Positions 16,843 to 27,770 are shown, counted from the stretch's first letter. The stretch is 60,011 nt of DNA from an uncultured Clostridia bacterium (GCA_937900325.1 CALCEX010000282.1:1-60011); one strand, 5' to 3'. The notes: a model not told the origin generated them from the sequence alone. Made by a program: numbers and translations.

Positions 16843-18051
16843 TTATTCTTCCGCCTCGTCAGTCTTGTCGCCTTCCAGCATCTCGGGGAAGGGCCATCCC
16901 TTTATGCCGCCTTCAATGATATAGAAGCGGGTCTGGTCGATCTTTTTCTCGTTTACATAGTAGCTTATGGCGTTCTTCGCGCCCCCCTCGCCCTTCATGC
17001 ACATCACATATATGGGCAGGTCGTTCTCGGTAAGCTTATCCGTTACCTTATCCAGCCTCTTGCGCAGCTCCTCGGTATTGGCGGGATACGCCCTGGTCTC
17101 TATGGAGCCGGGCAGATGTCCGTCCTCCTTGTAGCTCTCTTTGGTCTGCACGGAGAGCAGCAGCATATCCTCCTTGGCCTCGATCTTGGTCTTGAGCTCC
17201 TCAGGGGTTATATACTGGTAATTGGGAGTCACCTCCAGCATATCCGCATAGGGCCAGTTGGTGCCGCCGCCTTCAAGTATGTAGAACTTGCGCGGGTCTA
17301 TGCCCTTGGTAGCCCAGTGGCTTATGGCGTTATACGCGCCGTTGGTGCCGCTCATGCAGATGATCACTATGGGGTCGAGGGTCTCCTCTATCTGCTCGTT
17401 CAGCTTATCCAGAGCGTCCCACTGTTCCTTGTTCGTATTGGGGAAGGAATAGGTGGGTATGGAGCCGGGCAGATGTCCTGCGTCATAATATTCCTTCTGG
17501 CGTATGTCTATGAGCATGACGTTCTGGTTTTCGTCAAGCAGCTTTACCAGGTCGTCGGGAGCGATGTAGAGGTAATCTATGTTGTACCACTTCAGCTCAT
17601 CATAGGGCCAGCTCATCTGGCCGCCCTCGAGTATCTTCAGCCTGCTCTCGTCAACGCCCTTTTGCACATAGTAGTCGTAGGCGTTTTCCGCGCCGGTCTT
17701 GCCGCCCAGGCCAACTATAATGACAGGGCCTTCCTTCTCGTCTATCTTTTCGAGGGCGGTATCCAGCTTGGCCTTGAGCTCGTCCGTATCCGCAGGATAT
17801 GCGTAGGTGGCGATGGCGGTAGGCAGATGGCCCTGGGCGTAATACTCCTCGGGCTGTATATCGACTATGACCTTGTCATCGCCGTTCTCTATCATCGTCT
17901 TTACTTCTTCGGCGGTGATATAGTGATATTCCTTGGCGGGAGCTTCCGCTGCATCATCGCCGGGATCCTGCGCGGCGCTCTCCTGCTGTGCGCAGCCCGC
18001 GAACAGGCTTATTGCCATCAGCGCAGCCATTATCAGGGACAACTTCTTCAT
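16843..18051 (-). CDS. Lipoprotein with three tandem rhodanese-like domains
   Basis: ORF 16843..18051. Lipobox LFAGC. Three repeats carry HLP(T/G)(A/S)I. Loops CMSGTNGA and CMKGEGGA are in repeats 2 and 3; repeat 1 has no Cys. Confidence 0.8.
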   Translation of the reverse strand: MKKLSLIMAALMAISLFAGCAQQESAAQDPGDDAAEAPAKEYHYITAEEVKTMIENGDDKVIVDIQPEEYYAQGHLPTAIATYAYPADTDELKAKLDTALEKIDEKEGPVIIVGLGGKTGAENAYDYYVQKGVDESRLKILEGGQMSWPYDELKWYNIDYLYIAPDDLVKLLDENQNVMLIDIRQKEYYDAGHLPGSIPTYSFPNTNKEQWDALDKLNEQIEETLDPIVIICMSGTNGAYNAISHWATKGIDPRKFYILEGGGTNWPYADMLEVTPNYQYITPEELKTKIEAKEDMLLLSVQTKESYKEDGHLPGSIETRAYPANTEELRKRLDKVTDKLTENDLPIYVMCMKGEGGAKNAISYYVNEKKIDQTRFYIIEGGIKGWPFPEMLEGDKTDEAEE

Positions 18052-18155
18052 GGTATCTTCTCCTTATATGTTGCTTTCTTTATATGTTTCCTTGGTTTCC
18101 TCTTTTTGCGTTGCTCGATACTGCACAGCCGAACCGGCTGTCAAGGTTAGCCCCC

Positions 18156-18914
18156 TCACCCAACGGGGCAGGGCGTCACTACCGGCTGAGGTATCACTAT
18201 CTCCGGTATCTTGGTCCTGCTGGGCCTTGAGGTAGCCTTCGGGGTAGGCGTGGGCAGTGGGCTCGGCTCCGGCGTGGGCGTGGGCGCGGGGCCCATGCTT
18301 ATGTATACCGTCACCTTTTCATCGCTGCCGATCTCCTGCCCGGCGCTTACGCTTTGCAGCGCGACCAGGCCCTTTGGCACCTTCTCGGAGGAGACGAAGA
18401 GTATTTCGGCGTCTATACCCTTATCCTCAAGTATGTCCTGTGCTACGTCGGCAGACTCATAAACGAGGTCTGGCATCTCGATGCTCCGGATCTCCTCAGC
18501 CTGCTCCTGCTGCTGCCTTGCGCCCTGCATGAAGTTAGTATAATAGTACCATCCGCTGCCTGCTATAAGGGCCGCCGCGGCTATTATGCCTATGACAAGG
18601 CCGGCCCTGCCCTTCTTTTTGGGCTGACCGTCCCCGTCCGCTTCGTTTGTTTCCCCGGCTTCGTTCTCCGCCCTGGCCTCGCTCAGCTCCTCCTCGGCCC
18701 TTGCGATATCCTCCTCGGCATGAGCAAGACCGGCCTCCGCCTCTTCAAAGGCCTGCTCCGCCGCGGATATCACGCTTTCCGCCGCGTCCATATCCCTTAC
18801 GGTCCTGAGGGTGCTTTGGGCCTTCTCCACAGCCTCCTGAGCCTTGCCGGCCTTCGCCTGGCTCTGATGGAGCTTTTCCTCCAGCTCGTTTATCCGTTCC
18901 TCATCCTTATTCAT
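18156..18914 (-). CDS. Membrane protein with coiled-coil N-terminus, one TM segment and a PASTA-like domain
   Basis: ORF 18156..18914. TM segment LVIGIIAAAALIAGSGWYY, PASTA-like segment, Pro/Thr-rich tail. Confidence 0.65.
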   Translation of the reverse strand: MNKDEERINELEEKLHQSQAKAGKAQEAVEKAQSTLRTVRDMDAAESVISAAEQAFEEAEAGLAHAEEDIARAEEELSEARAENEAGETNEADGDGQPKKKGRAGLVIGIIAAAALIAGSGWYYYTNFMQGARQQQEQAEEIRSIEMPDLVYESADVAQDILEDKGIDAEILFVSSEKVPKGLVALQSVSAGQEIGSDEKVTVYISMGPAPTPTPEPSPLPTPTPKATSRPSRTKIPEIVIPQPVVTPCPVG

Positions 18915-19032
18915 ACTTTTTACCTATCAATCCCATATGTTGATTCATACATTTTGCGTCATGATCGGAGCTTTGTCAACAACCGGCCCATCATGATTTT
19001 ATTAACAAATTATGAATTTGCGTATTTTTTTA

Positions 19033-19587
19033 TTATTCGTAATATTCCGGCTTCAGCACCCCCACATAGGGCAGGTTGCGGTAGAAGTTGTTGAAGTCCA
19101 GCCCGTAGCCCAGTACGAATTCGTTGGGTATGACGAAGCCGGTATAGTCCGGGGTGATGTCGCATTCCCTGCGTGAAGGCTTATCCAGCAGGCAGCATAT
19201 TTTAAGCGACGCAGGCTCCCTCGCCTCAAGTACCTTTTTAAGGTGCTTAAGGGTATGGCCGCTGTCCATTATATCCTCGATTATGAGCACATGGCGGCCG
19301 GTTATGCTGGTATCCATATCCTTGGCTATGCGCACTATGCCGGAGGTCCTCTTGCCGTTCCCGTAGCTGGATATGGACATGAAGTCCAGCTCGGTCATGC
19401 AGGTCATATGCCGCACAAGGTCTGAAAAGAAATGAACGGCCCCCCTGAGTATGCAGACGCATATCACATCCTTGCCCTCGTAATCCTCAGAAAGCTGTGC
19501 GCCCATCTCGGCTATGCGCTCCTGCAGCTTCTCCTCGCTTATCAGCACCTTATCCACTACCTTATTGAGATCGGTCTTTTCCGACAT
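19033..19587 (-). CDS. hpt: Hypoxanthine phosphoribosyltransferase
   Basis: ORF 19033..19587. PRPP motif VLIIEDIMDSGHTL. Confidence 0.92.
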   Translation of the reverse strand: MSEKTDLNKVVDKVLISEEKLQERIAEMGAQLSEDYEGKDVICVCILRGAVHFFSDLVRHMTCMTELDFMSISSYGNGKRTSGIVRIAKDMDTSITGRHVLIIEDIMDSGHTLKHLKKVLEAREPASLKICCLLDKPSRRECDITPDYTGFVIPNEFVLGYGLDFNNFYRNLPYVGVLKPEYYE

Positions 19588-19618
19588 ATTGAACCCCCGG
19601 TCATATAAAATTTTTTGT

Positions 19619-20974
19619 TTACTTTTCCGCAGAATACGTCACGCGAAGCACCCGGCTGGTGCTTTCATCCACCTTTACCTTATCGGAAATACCGTAGCCC
19701 GGTATGAAAAGGGCGTCGCTTCCCGAAAAGAGTATGGGCATATTCCGTTGCTCCCTCGGCACTTTTTTATCTATGAAAAAGTCCTTGAGCTTCTTTCCGC
19801 CGCCCGAGCCTATGAGCTGGAACCTGTCTCCTTCCCTCCTGCTGCGCACCCTGAGGCCGCACGGCAGCTTGTCCATATCCATATAGGCGACGGTATTGTC
19901 CTTTATTATACCACCTTCGACAGCTTCTGCAAAGAAAAAACCTCCCGCGAACCGGGTTTTTCCATCCATATTGAAGGGTACGTCCACTTTACCGGCGCTT
20001 TGCCGTATTCCAAAGCATATGCTGCCATAGCTGACCCATACGCTTATGTGAGGTATATCCGCATTGGCGCCTGTTTTTGCCGTAAGCATATCCGTTATGC
20101 GCTCTATGTGGCAGCGTTCCACATCCGCCGTGGCTCCCGCCTCAAACGCCGCAATGCGTATGGCCCGGCTCCTTACGGGTGGCGGCAGCGCGGCAAGCCT
20201 GGCCCTGTCGTAGCCTTCCCGGGTCCTTGCGGCCCTCAGCGCGTCGCGGGCCAGCCCGTATAGATATTCCTCATCCTGCCCAAGCAGCTCGCCCATGGAG
20301 CAAAGCCTCTCCGCAAAGCAGGGGTTCAGGTTGTCCTGAATGTATGGGATAATATCGAGGCGTATCCTGTTCCTGCTGGCGTCCCGCTCAAGGTTGGTGC
20401 TGTCGCTGCAGTATTCCAAGCCGTTTTCCGCCGCGTATTGCTCTATTTCCCGCCTCCTTACCCAGAGCAGCGGGCGTATTATATTGCCGCGGGCAGGCTC
20501 CATGCCGACCAGGCCCTTCGTTCCGCTGCCCCGTATAAGGTGAAGCATTATGCTCTCCGCCTGATCGTCCATATGATGGGCGACAGCTATTTTATCCGCG
20601 CCAAGCTCCCCGGCGGCCCTATTGAAGAATTCATAGCGCTTCTCCCTCGCCGCCTGCTCCAGCGTCTTGCTCTCCGCCCTGGCTATGCCGGGTATATCCA
20701 GCTCCTCAAAGGCGAGCGGCACCCCCAGCCCCTTGCACAGCTCCTGTACGAAGCGCTGGTCCCTGTACGCCTCCGCCCCTCTTATGCCGTGGTTAAGGTG
20801 CGCTGCGCAAAGGCCGAAGCCCCGTTCAGGCGCTATTTTGAGCAGCACGTACAATAGCGTAACCGAATCCGCGCCGCCGCTCAGGCCCACCAGTACCCTC
20901 TCGTTTTTATTTATGAGGCCGTATTTGTCTATGGCGCTTTTTACTTTGCTTTCGAGTTTTTCCGTATAAACCAT
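19619..20974 (-). CDS. tilS: tRNA(Ile)-lysidine synthetase
   Basis: ORF 19619..21010, trimmed to the ATG at 20974. PP-loop GLSGGADS. Conserved tilS-hpt gene order. Confidence 0.9.
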   Translation of the reverse strand: MVYTEKLESKVKSAIDKYGLINKNERVLVGLSGGADSVTLLYVLLKIAPERGFGLCAAHLNHGIRGAEAYRDQRFVQELCKGLGVPLAFEELDIPGIARAESKTLEQAAREKRYEFFNRAAGELGADKIAVAHHMDDQAESIMLHLIRGSGTKGLVGMEPARGNIIRPLLWVRRREIEQYAAENGLEYCSDSTNLERDASRNRIRLDIIPYIQDNLNPCFAERLCSMGELLGQDEEYLYGLARDALRAARTREGYDRARLAALPPPVRSRAIRIAAFEAGATADVERCHIERITDMLTAKTGANADIPHISVWVSYGSICFGIRQSAGKVDVPFNMDGKTRFAGGFFFAEAVEGGIIKDNTVAYMDMDKLPCGLRVRSRREGDRFQLIGSGGGKKLKDFFIDKKVPREQRNMPILFSGSDALFIPGYGISDKVKVDESTSRVLRVTYSAEK

Positions 20975-21097
20975 ATAAATAAGTATATCCCCCCCGCATC
21001 GGTTTGACAAGGCGCAGCGGGGAACATATAATTATTAAGTACCGGCAGGTACATGACCTTATAAATACCAATTTACCGTCGGGAAAGGACAGAACAT

Positions 21098-22186
21098 ATG
21101 AAGCTCGGAGTAGTAGGACTTCCTAACGTAGGCAAAAGCACCCTTTTCAATGCCATAACCCAGGCGGGGGCGCAGGCCGCCAATTACCCCTTCTGTACCA
21201 TAGAGCCCAATGTGGGCGTGGTGGCGGTGCCGGACAGCCGTCTTGACGTGCTGGCCGAAATGTACCACCCCGAAAAATATACCCCTACCTCGATAGAGTT
21301 CGTTGACATAGCGGGCCTTGTCCGCGGCGCATACAGGGGCGAGGGCCTCGGCAACAAGTTCCTTTCCCATATCCGGGAGGTAGACGCCATAGTCCATGTG
21401 GTGCGCTGCTTTGAGGATGAAAACATAGTCCATGTGGACGGCTCGGTAGACCCGGTGCGGGATATGGAGACCATAAATATAGAGCTGATCTTCGCCGATA
21501 TGGATACCATGGACAAGCGCATAGAGAAGGCCGAAAAAAACAGCAAGTCCGGCGACAAGAAGCTTCTTGCCGAGGTGGAGTTCCTCAGGCGCATAAAGTC
21601 CCATCTGGAATCCGGCAGGCCGGTGCGCAGCATGGAGCTGACGGAGGACGAGAGGAAGTATGTGGAAGGCTTGTTCCTGCTAACCTCAAAGCCCGTCATA
21701 TATGTGGCCAACATATCCGAGGATGACATAGTCAGCGAGCTGCCCCAGGTGGACGCGCTGTACAGGGCGGCTGCCGCGGAGCAAGCGGGCGCCCTGACCA
21801 TATGCGCCAAGATAGAGGAGGAGATATCCGAGCTTTCCCCCGAGGAAAAGAAGGATTTCCTCAGGGAAATGGGCATAGGCGAAAGCGGCCTGGACAAGCT
21901 GATAAAGGAGTGCTACTCCCTGCTGGGCCTCATAAGCTTCCTCACCGCCGGCCCCAAGGAGGTAAGGGCGTGGACGATAGTCAGGGGCACCAAGGCTCCC
22001 CAGGCGGCAGGCAAGATACATACCGACTTTGAAAAGGGCTTCATAAGGGCGGAGGTAGTGAACTTCGACACTCTGGTGGAGCACGGCACAATGGCGGCCT
22101 GCAAGGAGAAGGGCCTTATCCGCAGCGAGGGAAAGGACTATGTAATGCAGGACGGCGACATCGTAGTTTTCCGGTTTAACGTGTGA
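21098..22186 (+). CDS. ychF: Redox-regulated ATPase YchF
   Basis: ORF 21098..22186. P-loop GLPNVGKST and the conserved C-terminal domain. Confidence 0.93.
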   Translation: MKLGVVGLPNVGKSTLFNAITQAGAQAANYPFCTIEPNVGVVAVPDSRLDVLAEMYHPEKYTPTSIEFVDIAGLVRGAYRGEGLGNKFLSHIREVDAIVHVVRCFEDENIVHVDGSVDPVRDMETINIELIFADMDTMDKRIEKAEKNSKSGDKKLLAEVEFLRRIKSHLESGRPVRSMELTEDERKYVEGLFLLTSKPVIYVANISEDDIVSELPQVDALYRAAAAEQAGALTICAKIEEEISELSPEEKKDFLREMGIGESGLDKLIKECYSLLGLISFLTAGPKEVRAWTIVRGTKAPQAAGKIHTDFEKGFIRAEVVNFDTLVEHGTMAACKEKGLIRSEGKDYVMQDGDIVVFRFNV

Positions 22187-22203
22187 TAAGCAGGCATAAA
22201 GCA

Positions 22204-22240
22204 AGGAACGGCGAACCGCCGTTCCTTTATTTTTTTCTTT
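22204..22240 (+). terminator. Intrinsic terminator after ychF
   Basis: 10-bp stem AGGAACGGCG/CGCCGTTCCT followed by a T-run. Confidence 0.75.
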
Positions 22241-22246
22241 TTGCTT

Positions 22247-23728
22247 TTACTTATGATAAAGCTTCTTTGTCTGGTACTTCGGCTCGCAGGTCACGTTTAT
22301 GCCCAGCTTGCGGAAGGTGCTGCTGTCCACGCCGGAAAGTATGACTGTCGAGTGCGCCTCGCAGCCCCTGAGCTTGTCCAGCTGCCGCATGGCGGCCTCG
22401 GCGGTGGGGTTGGTGGCGGCGGATATGGAAAGGGCTATGAGCACCTCGTCCATATGCAGCCGTGGATTATGGTTGCCGAGATGATTCACCTTGAGATCCT
22501 GTATCGGCTCTATCACTATGGGGGATATGAGGTGCATATCCTTTTGTATACCCCCAAGGCGCTTGAGCGCATTGAGCAGCACGGCAGCCGAGGCGCCCAG
22601 GAGCTTGGTGGTCTTGCCGGTGACTATCTCGCCGCCGGGAAGCTGCATTGCCGCTGCGGGCTCCCCCGTCCGCTCCGCGCGGCTCACCGCCGCGTCTATT
22701 ACCGGCCTGTCCTTTACGGTTATGCCGAGCTGGTTTATGAGCAGCTTTATCTTTTCCGCCGGCCTGCTGTCGCTCATTCCCTGGCGGGCGGTGCACATTG
22801 CCGCATAGTAGCGGCGTATTATCTCCTGCCTGGACGCCTCGCGGCACGCCTCGTCGTCCGTTATGCAGTTGCCCGCCATGTTCACGCCCATGTCCGTGGG
22901 GGACTTGTAGGGGGACTCGCCGTATATCTGCCTGAACATGGCGCTGAGCACCGGGAATATTTCCACGTCCCGGTTGTAGTTTACGGTGGTCACGCCGTAG
23001 TTTTCAAGATGGAAGGGGTCTATCATATTCACATCGTCCAGATCCGCCGTGGCCGCCTCGTAGGCGACGTTTACCGGATGCTTGAGCGGCAGGTTCCATA
23101 TGGGGAAGGTCTCGAACTTGGCATAGCCCGCGCGGACGCCCCTCTTGTTTTCATGGTAAAGCTGGGAAAGGCAGGTGGCCATCTTGCCGCTTCCCGGGCC
23201 GGGGGCGGTCACCACCACCAGTGAACGGGTGGTCTCGATATACTCGTTGAGCCCGTAGCCCTCGTCGCTGACTATGGTATCTATATCGTTGGGATAGCCG
23301 GGGATGGGATAGTGGCGGTATACCTTTATGCCGAGCTGCTCCAGCCGGCGCTGGAATACGCCGGCGGCGCTCTGCCCGCGGTACTGGGTGATCACGACGC
23401 TGCCAACATACAGGCCTATGCTCCGGAACGCGTCTATGAGCCTGAGCACGTCCAGGTCGTAGGTTATGCCAAGGTCGCCCCGCACCTTGTTTTTCTCGAT
23501 ATCTGCGGCGTTTATGGCAATGACTATCTCAGCCTGTTCCTTCAGCTGGAGCAGCATACGCACCTTGCTGTCAGGCTCAAAGCCCGGCAGCACGCGGGAA
23601 GCGTGAAAGTCGTCGAAGAGCTTGCCGCCAAACTCAAGATACAGCTTGCCGCCGAACCGGGCAAGCCTGTCCATAATGTGCTCTGACTGCATGGAAAGGT
23701 ATTTCTGGTTGTCAAAGCCTGTCCTCAT
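22247..23728 (-). CDS. DUF1846 (UPF0371) family protein
   Basis: ORF 22247..23755, trimmed to the ATG at 23728 ([11 protein letters not shown]...), the typical family N-terminus. Confidence 0.85.
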   Translation of the reverse strand: MRTGFDNQKYLSMQSEHIMDRLARFGGKLYLEFGGKLFDDFHASRVLPGFEPDSKVRMLLQLKEQAEIVIAINAADIEKNKVRGDLGITYDLDVLRLIDAFRSIGLYVGSVVITQYRGQSAAGVFQRRLEQLGIKVYRHYPIPGYPNDIDTIVSDEGYGLNEYIETTRSLVVVTAPGPGSGKMATCLSQLYHENKRGVRAGYAKFETFPIWNLPLKHPVNVAYEAATADLDDVNMIDPFHLENYGVTTVNYNRDVEIFPVLSAMFRQIYGESPYKSPTDMGVNMAGNCITDDEACREASRQEIIRRYYAAMCTARQGMSDSRPAEKIKLLINQLGITVKDRPVIDAAVSRAERTGEPAAAMQLPGGEIVTGKTTKLLGASAAVLLNALKRLGGIQKDMHLISPIVIEPIQDLKVNHLGNHNPRLHMDEVLIALSISAATNPTAEAAMRQLDKLRGCEAHSTVILSGVDSSTFRKLGINVTCEPKYQTKKLYHK

Positions 23729-23925
23729 TCCCTGTTTTCCCCCTCGTTTTATCAAAAAAATATGTAAATATTCAGTTTTTACCTGATTTGACTATTATAT
23801 AACCTTGCGCGGCCCTTTTACAATCGCCCTTTACCATAAGATTTGAATATATCAATAAAAAAACCGCCCGCAACAAAAAACGCGAAGGAGACAAAAGCTC
23901 CGCCGCGTTTGGGTTTTATTTATCT

Positions 23926-24501
23926 TCATATCCAGCGCGCATGTGAGAAGGGCGTCATTACGGCGCGCACCCTGCCCTTGACCTGACAGTAGGGTATAAA
24001 GCCCACATGGCGGCTGTCCCCGCTGTGGTTGCGGTTGTCGCCCACCACGAAGAGGCTCTTTTCCGGAACCGTGACCTCCGGCATATCCCCTTCTATATAG
24101 CCGCTCCAATAGGCGCTCTCGTCCAGCTTTTCGCCGTTAAGGTAGATCGCCCCGTCGTATATGCTTATCCTGTCCCCCGGAGTGGCAATGACGCGCTTGA
24201 CGCATTTTTCCGTATGGTAGGGGTAGCGGCAGATTATTATATCGCCGTGCTGCGGCGCGGATACCGTATATGTGAGTTTTTCGGTGAACATCCCCTCCCC
24301 GTCCATCAGGGTAGGATACATGGAATCGCCTATGCACTGCACCGGCTCGAATATGAAGGTGCGTATGCATATCGCCACGGCCATAAGCGTCAGCAGGTAT
24401 ATTATGAAGTCGCTGTTTGCCGCCTTTTTGTATGGTTCGTCCTTTTTATGCAGCTCGTCGCGGGCTTCCCTGAATTTTCCGAGTTCCTTTTTGCTTAGCA
24501 T
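23926..24501 (-). CDS. lepB: Signal peptidase I
   Basis: ORF 23926..24678. Probable start is the ATG at 24501. Motifs GDSMYPTL, KRVIATPGD and GDNRNHSGDSR. Confidence 0.88.
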   Translation of the reverse strand: MLSKKELGKFREARDELHKKDEPYKKAANSDFIIYLLTLMAVAICIRTFIFEPVQCIGDSMYPTLMDGEGMFTEKLTYTVSAPQHGDIIICRYPYHTEKCVKRVIATPGDRISIYDGAIYLNGEKLDESAYWSGYIEGDMPEVTVPEKSLFVVGDNRNHSGDSRHVGFIPYCQVKGRVRAVMTPFSHARWI

Positions 24502-24646
24502 ACGCGGCCTTTGCCTTCCTTGTTTTTTTCTTTCCACATGGTAACACTCAAAGCCCCCCTTGTCAAATAAGGCTCTTTCTTTTCTCCCATAATTCATCAA
24601 TAATTCACTATTACCATATAGCGCTCCGCGTGTTAAAATCACTTTT

Positions 24647-25681
24647 ATGAAACGATATATCAAGCTTATATGCGGCATTGCCGCCTTGATTGCTGCGCTG
24701 GCGCTCCAGGGCTGCGCAAGTCCCGCCGTATCCCCGGTCCCCGCCCCCGGAGCCTCCCCCGCGCCCGCCGTCTCTCCCTCGCCCGCCCCGGAGCAGGAGC
24801 GCCGCTATACCATCGCATGGATAAGCGACACCCAGCACTACTCCAACAGGTTCCCGGATACCTTCTGCGCCATGACCGCCTATCTGCGCGACGCAAAGGA
24901 GGAGCTGAACCTCAAATACATCGTCCACACGGGCGACCTTGTCAACAGCTACAAAAGCGAGCGCCAATGGGAAAACGCCGTGCGCGCCATGGCCTCCGTT
25001 GCCGATATACCCGCTGGGGTATGCGCCGGCAACCACGACGTAAAGCACGACGACGCGCTGTACGATAATTTCAGCCGCTATTTCGGCGAAGATCAGGTAA
25101 ACTACCGAAAGTGCTACGGCGGGAGCTTTCAGGACAACCGCGGCCATTACGACCTGATCGACGCGGGCAGCACGAGTTATATTTTCATATATATGGGCTA
25201 CCATATCCGGCAGGACGGCATAGAATGGATAAAGGGCGTGCTGGAGCAGTACCCCGACAGAGCGGCGATACTCTGCACCCACGCCTACTTTGACACCGAC
25301 CTGACGCTGCTTGAGGATGGGCGGCTGCTGAAGGATGAGGTGGTTTCAAAGTATCCCAACGTATACATGGTGCTTTCCGGCCACCGCTACAACATAGCCT
25401 GCGTGCCGGAGGATTTCGACGACGACGGCGACGGGGCGCCGGACCGCAGGGTATACCAGATGATATGCAACTATCAGGCGGCGGACGACCGGGGCGGCAG
25501 CGGCTACATGATGTTCTTTGACGTGGACGAGGAAAAAGGCGTGATAAACTGCTACACCTATTCCCCCGTGCTTGACGACAGGGTCCGCTTCGACGATATT
25601 TCAAAGAAAAAGGGCCGTTACGGCAACGCCCCGCAGGATGAGCTTATGACGCTGGATATACCCTGGGAGCTGACAAATTAA
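24647..25681 (+). CDS. Metallophosphoesterase lipoprotein
   Basis: ORF 24647..25681. Lipobox LQGC. Motifs ISDTQ, HTGDLV and GNHD. Confidence 0.82.
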   Translation: MKRYIKLICGIAALIAALALQGCASPAVSPVPAPGASPAPAVSPSPAPEQERRYTIAWISDTQHYSNRFPDTFCAMTAYLRDAKEELNLKYIVHTGDLVNSYKSERQWENAVRAMASVADIPAGVCAGNHDVKHDDALYDNFSRYFGEDQVNYRKCYGGSFQDNRGHYDLIDAGSTSYIFIYMGYHIRQDGIEWIKGVLEQYPDRAAILCTHAYFDTDLTLLEDGRLLKDEVVSKYPNVYMVLSGHRYNIACVPEDFDDDGDGAPDRRVYQMICNYQAADDRGGSGYMMFFDVDEEKGVINCYTYSPVLDDRVRFDDISKKKGRYGNAPQDELMTLDIPWELTN

Positions 25682-25706
25682 AGCGCAGATCAAAGCATAT
25701 ACAAAA

Positions 25707-25741
25707 GCAGGAGCGGAAAATTTCCGCTCCTGCCGTTTATT
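25707..25741. terminator. Bidirectional terminator
   Basis: GCAGGAGCGGA...TCCGCTCCTGC, with T-tracts on both strands. Confidence 0.7.
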
Positions 25742-25759
25742 GCGCCCGTTTACCGGGGC

Positions 25760-27094
25760 TTAATCGCTTATGCTCCTGCATTCCAGATAGTAGCGCTTTT
25801 CGTTGGCCTCGCCCATTGAGAAGGTCTTGCGGGGCAGCGCGCCGTCGAATATCACGGTACGGAAGAAGGCGTTCTTGTCCATGGGCGGCAGCAGGAAGCC
25901 CATGTTGCCATCCTTTGCGCCAAGATCCATGACCACGTCCGCGCCGTGTATGTAATCTATGGTGGCGCCGGCGGTTTCCCTGATGAGTATATCGAGAGCG
26001 TTCTGGAGGGTGCCTACCTCGAGCTGGGCCGCGGGATGCTCCACATGGAAGCAGCCTACCCCCTTGCTGCTCACGAAGGGGATAACATGGCCGGCCTTGC
26101 CGTCCATTGCCTTATGCAGCTCGTCCATGCTCGCAAAGCGCTTTACCTCGCAGCTTCCGTTCTGCTCGGTCAGCTTGTCCCTGATCCAATCGGCCGCCTT
26201 ATCGCCTGCGTTGAATATGACCCTGTGTATGGGCTCGAACACTATGCCGTCGTCATGTACGTTTTCAAGCTCTACCAGGCAGTAGCGGGCGGGATGCTCG
26301 TCCTTTGCGGTAAGGCCCTTCTCGGCCTTTATCCGCTCCCAGTTGGCCTTTGCGGTTGCGAAGGAGTGGTTGCCGTCGCCCATGGCAAAGAGCAGCGGCG
26401 CCTGATCGGTGTTGTACTTTTCAGCGTATGCTTTCCTGTCGATAAGCGCCTCAAGAGCGTCTATCGCGCCCTTTATCTGGCCCTCGTCCTTTACAAGATA
26501 GCCCTTTATATGGCCGCCCCTCTGCATGAGCTCAAAATCATACAGCTTTTCCGTCTTGTCCAGCTCTTCTCCTATGGGCTCTATCACGGTGCGCCCGGGA
26601 TCGTCTATGAGCACGAGTATATGGGGCATCTCCAAGGGAGCGTCCTTCCTTATCCTGAGGCGGGGAGGTATTCTCTCAACTATGGTGCCCTCGGTTGCGC
26701 GTATGAGGGTGGTGGAGCCCTTGGTGTAGTCGTAATTTTCAAGATCCAGCGCGACCATCAGGCCCTTGCGGGTCTTGCCGTCCACCGAGCGGACGACGTA
26801 GGCCAGGCCCTCGCCCTTGTTTTCCAGCACGCCCTTTTCGACATACTCCTTCATGTGGGCGTTTATGGAAGCTATGCGCTCCGCCTCGTCCGGCTTGTCC
26901 AGGTACAGCTCGGGCAGCATTATGCGCAGCGTAGAGGGCGCATCGCCGACTATCCTCTCGGTCTCGTTCCAGTAATCCGGCTGGGAGGTGAACTGGTCGC
27001 AGGCTACTACGGCCCACCTGGTCATATCCACGTCCTTATTGGGGAGCAGCAGCTCAGGCACCTTTACGCCTATGTTATTTGCATACTTTGTCAT
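25760..27094 (-). CDS. DUF1015 family protein
   Basis: ORF 25760..27094. Length and sequence are typical of DUF1015. Confidence 0.8.
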   Translation of the reverse strand: MTKYANNIGVKVPELLLPNKDVDMTRWAVVACDQFTSQPDYWNETERIVGDAPSTLRIMLPELYLDKPDEAERIASINAHMKEYVEKGVLENKGEGLAYVVRSVDGKTRKGLMVALDLENYDYTKGSTTLIRATEGTIVERIPPRLRIRKDAPLEMPHILVLIDDPGRTVIEPIGEELDKTEKLYDFELMQRGGHIKGYLVKDEGQIKGAIDALEALIDRKAYAEKYNTDQAPLLFAMGDGNHSFATAKANWERIKAEKGLTAKDEHPARYCLVELENVHDDGIVFEPIHRVIFNAGDKAADWIRDKLTEQNGSCEVKRFASMDELHKAMDGKAGHVIPFVSSKGVGCFHVEHPAAQLEVGTLQNALDILIRETAGATIDYIHGADVVMDLGAKDGNMGFLLPPMDKNAFFRTVIFDGALPRKTFSMGEANEKRYYLECRSISD

Positions 27095-27309
27095 CCGAAA
27101 GCCTCCGTAAGTGTTTTTTTAAAAAGAGAAACTGCAAAGATTTTCTGGTCATATAACTGTTTTTTCTATCATACATCACCCCGGGCCCTCCGGTCAATCA
27201 AAAGCGGCGTATTATGTTCTGATTTTTATTTCTCTTTTCAGCACTTTAAATAATTAAAGCGCCGTGGTATAATTTTTTTATAATGAAAAAAGTGGGAGGC
27301 AACGAGGCA

Positions 27310-27600
27310 ATGTACCGTAACAAGCTTACCAGCCCCGAAACGGAGTGGTTTTTCAAGGCTATTCTTTCCCTTGATACGCAGGAGGACTGCGCCCGCTTCT
27401 TTGAAGACGTGGCTACGATAGGCGAGGTGCAGGCCATGGCCCAGCGGCTGCAGGTGGCAAGGCTGCTTAACGAAGGCCGCAAATACTCGGACGTGGCCGA
27501 GGCCACCGGCGCCTCCACCGCCACCATATCCCGCGTGAGCCGCTGCCTTACCTACGGTGCGGACGGGTATAAGCTGGTGCTCGACAGGCTGGAAAAGTGA
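27310..27600 (+). CDS. YerC/YecD family TrpR-related protein
   Basis: ORF 27283..27600, trimmed to the ATG at 27310. Motifs FKAILSL, QRLQVARLL and STATISRVSRCLTYG. Confidence 0.85.
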   Translation: MYRNKLTSPETEWFFKAILSLDTQEDCARFFEDVATIGEVQAMAQRLQVARLLNEGRKYSDVAEATGASTATISRVSRCLTYGADGYKLVLDRLEK

Positions 27601-27640
27601 CGGCGTCTCCCTCCGTTCGCATATTTTTTGTAAAAAACAC

Positions 27641-27669
27641 TTGCATTATATCCGGGGATTGGTTATAAT
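27641..27669 (+). promoter_or_regulatory. Promoter of tRNA-Thr
   Basis: TTGCAT, 17-nt spacer, TATAAT. Confidence 0.65.
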
Positions 27670-27693
27670 ACATATCGTTCGCAAGTAACGTGT

Positions 27694-27769
27694 GCTGATA
27701 TAGCTCAGCTGGTAGAGCGCGTCATTGGTAATGACGAGGTCCCCGGTCCGAATCCGGGTATCAGCTCCA
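27694..27769 (+). tRNA. tRNA-Thr (anticodon GGT), CCA encoded
   Basis: Acceptor stem GCTGATA/TATCAGC. D-arm AGCTCAGCTGGTAGAGC. Anticodon stem-loop CGTCA-TTGGTAA-TGACG. T-arm CCGGTCCGAATCCGG. Confidence 0.92.
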
Positions 27770-27770
27770 C

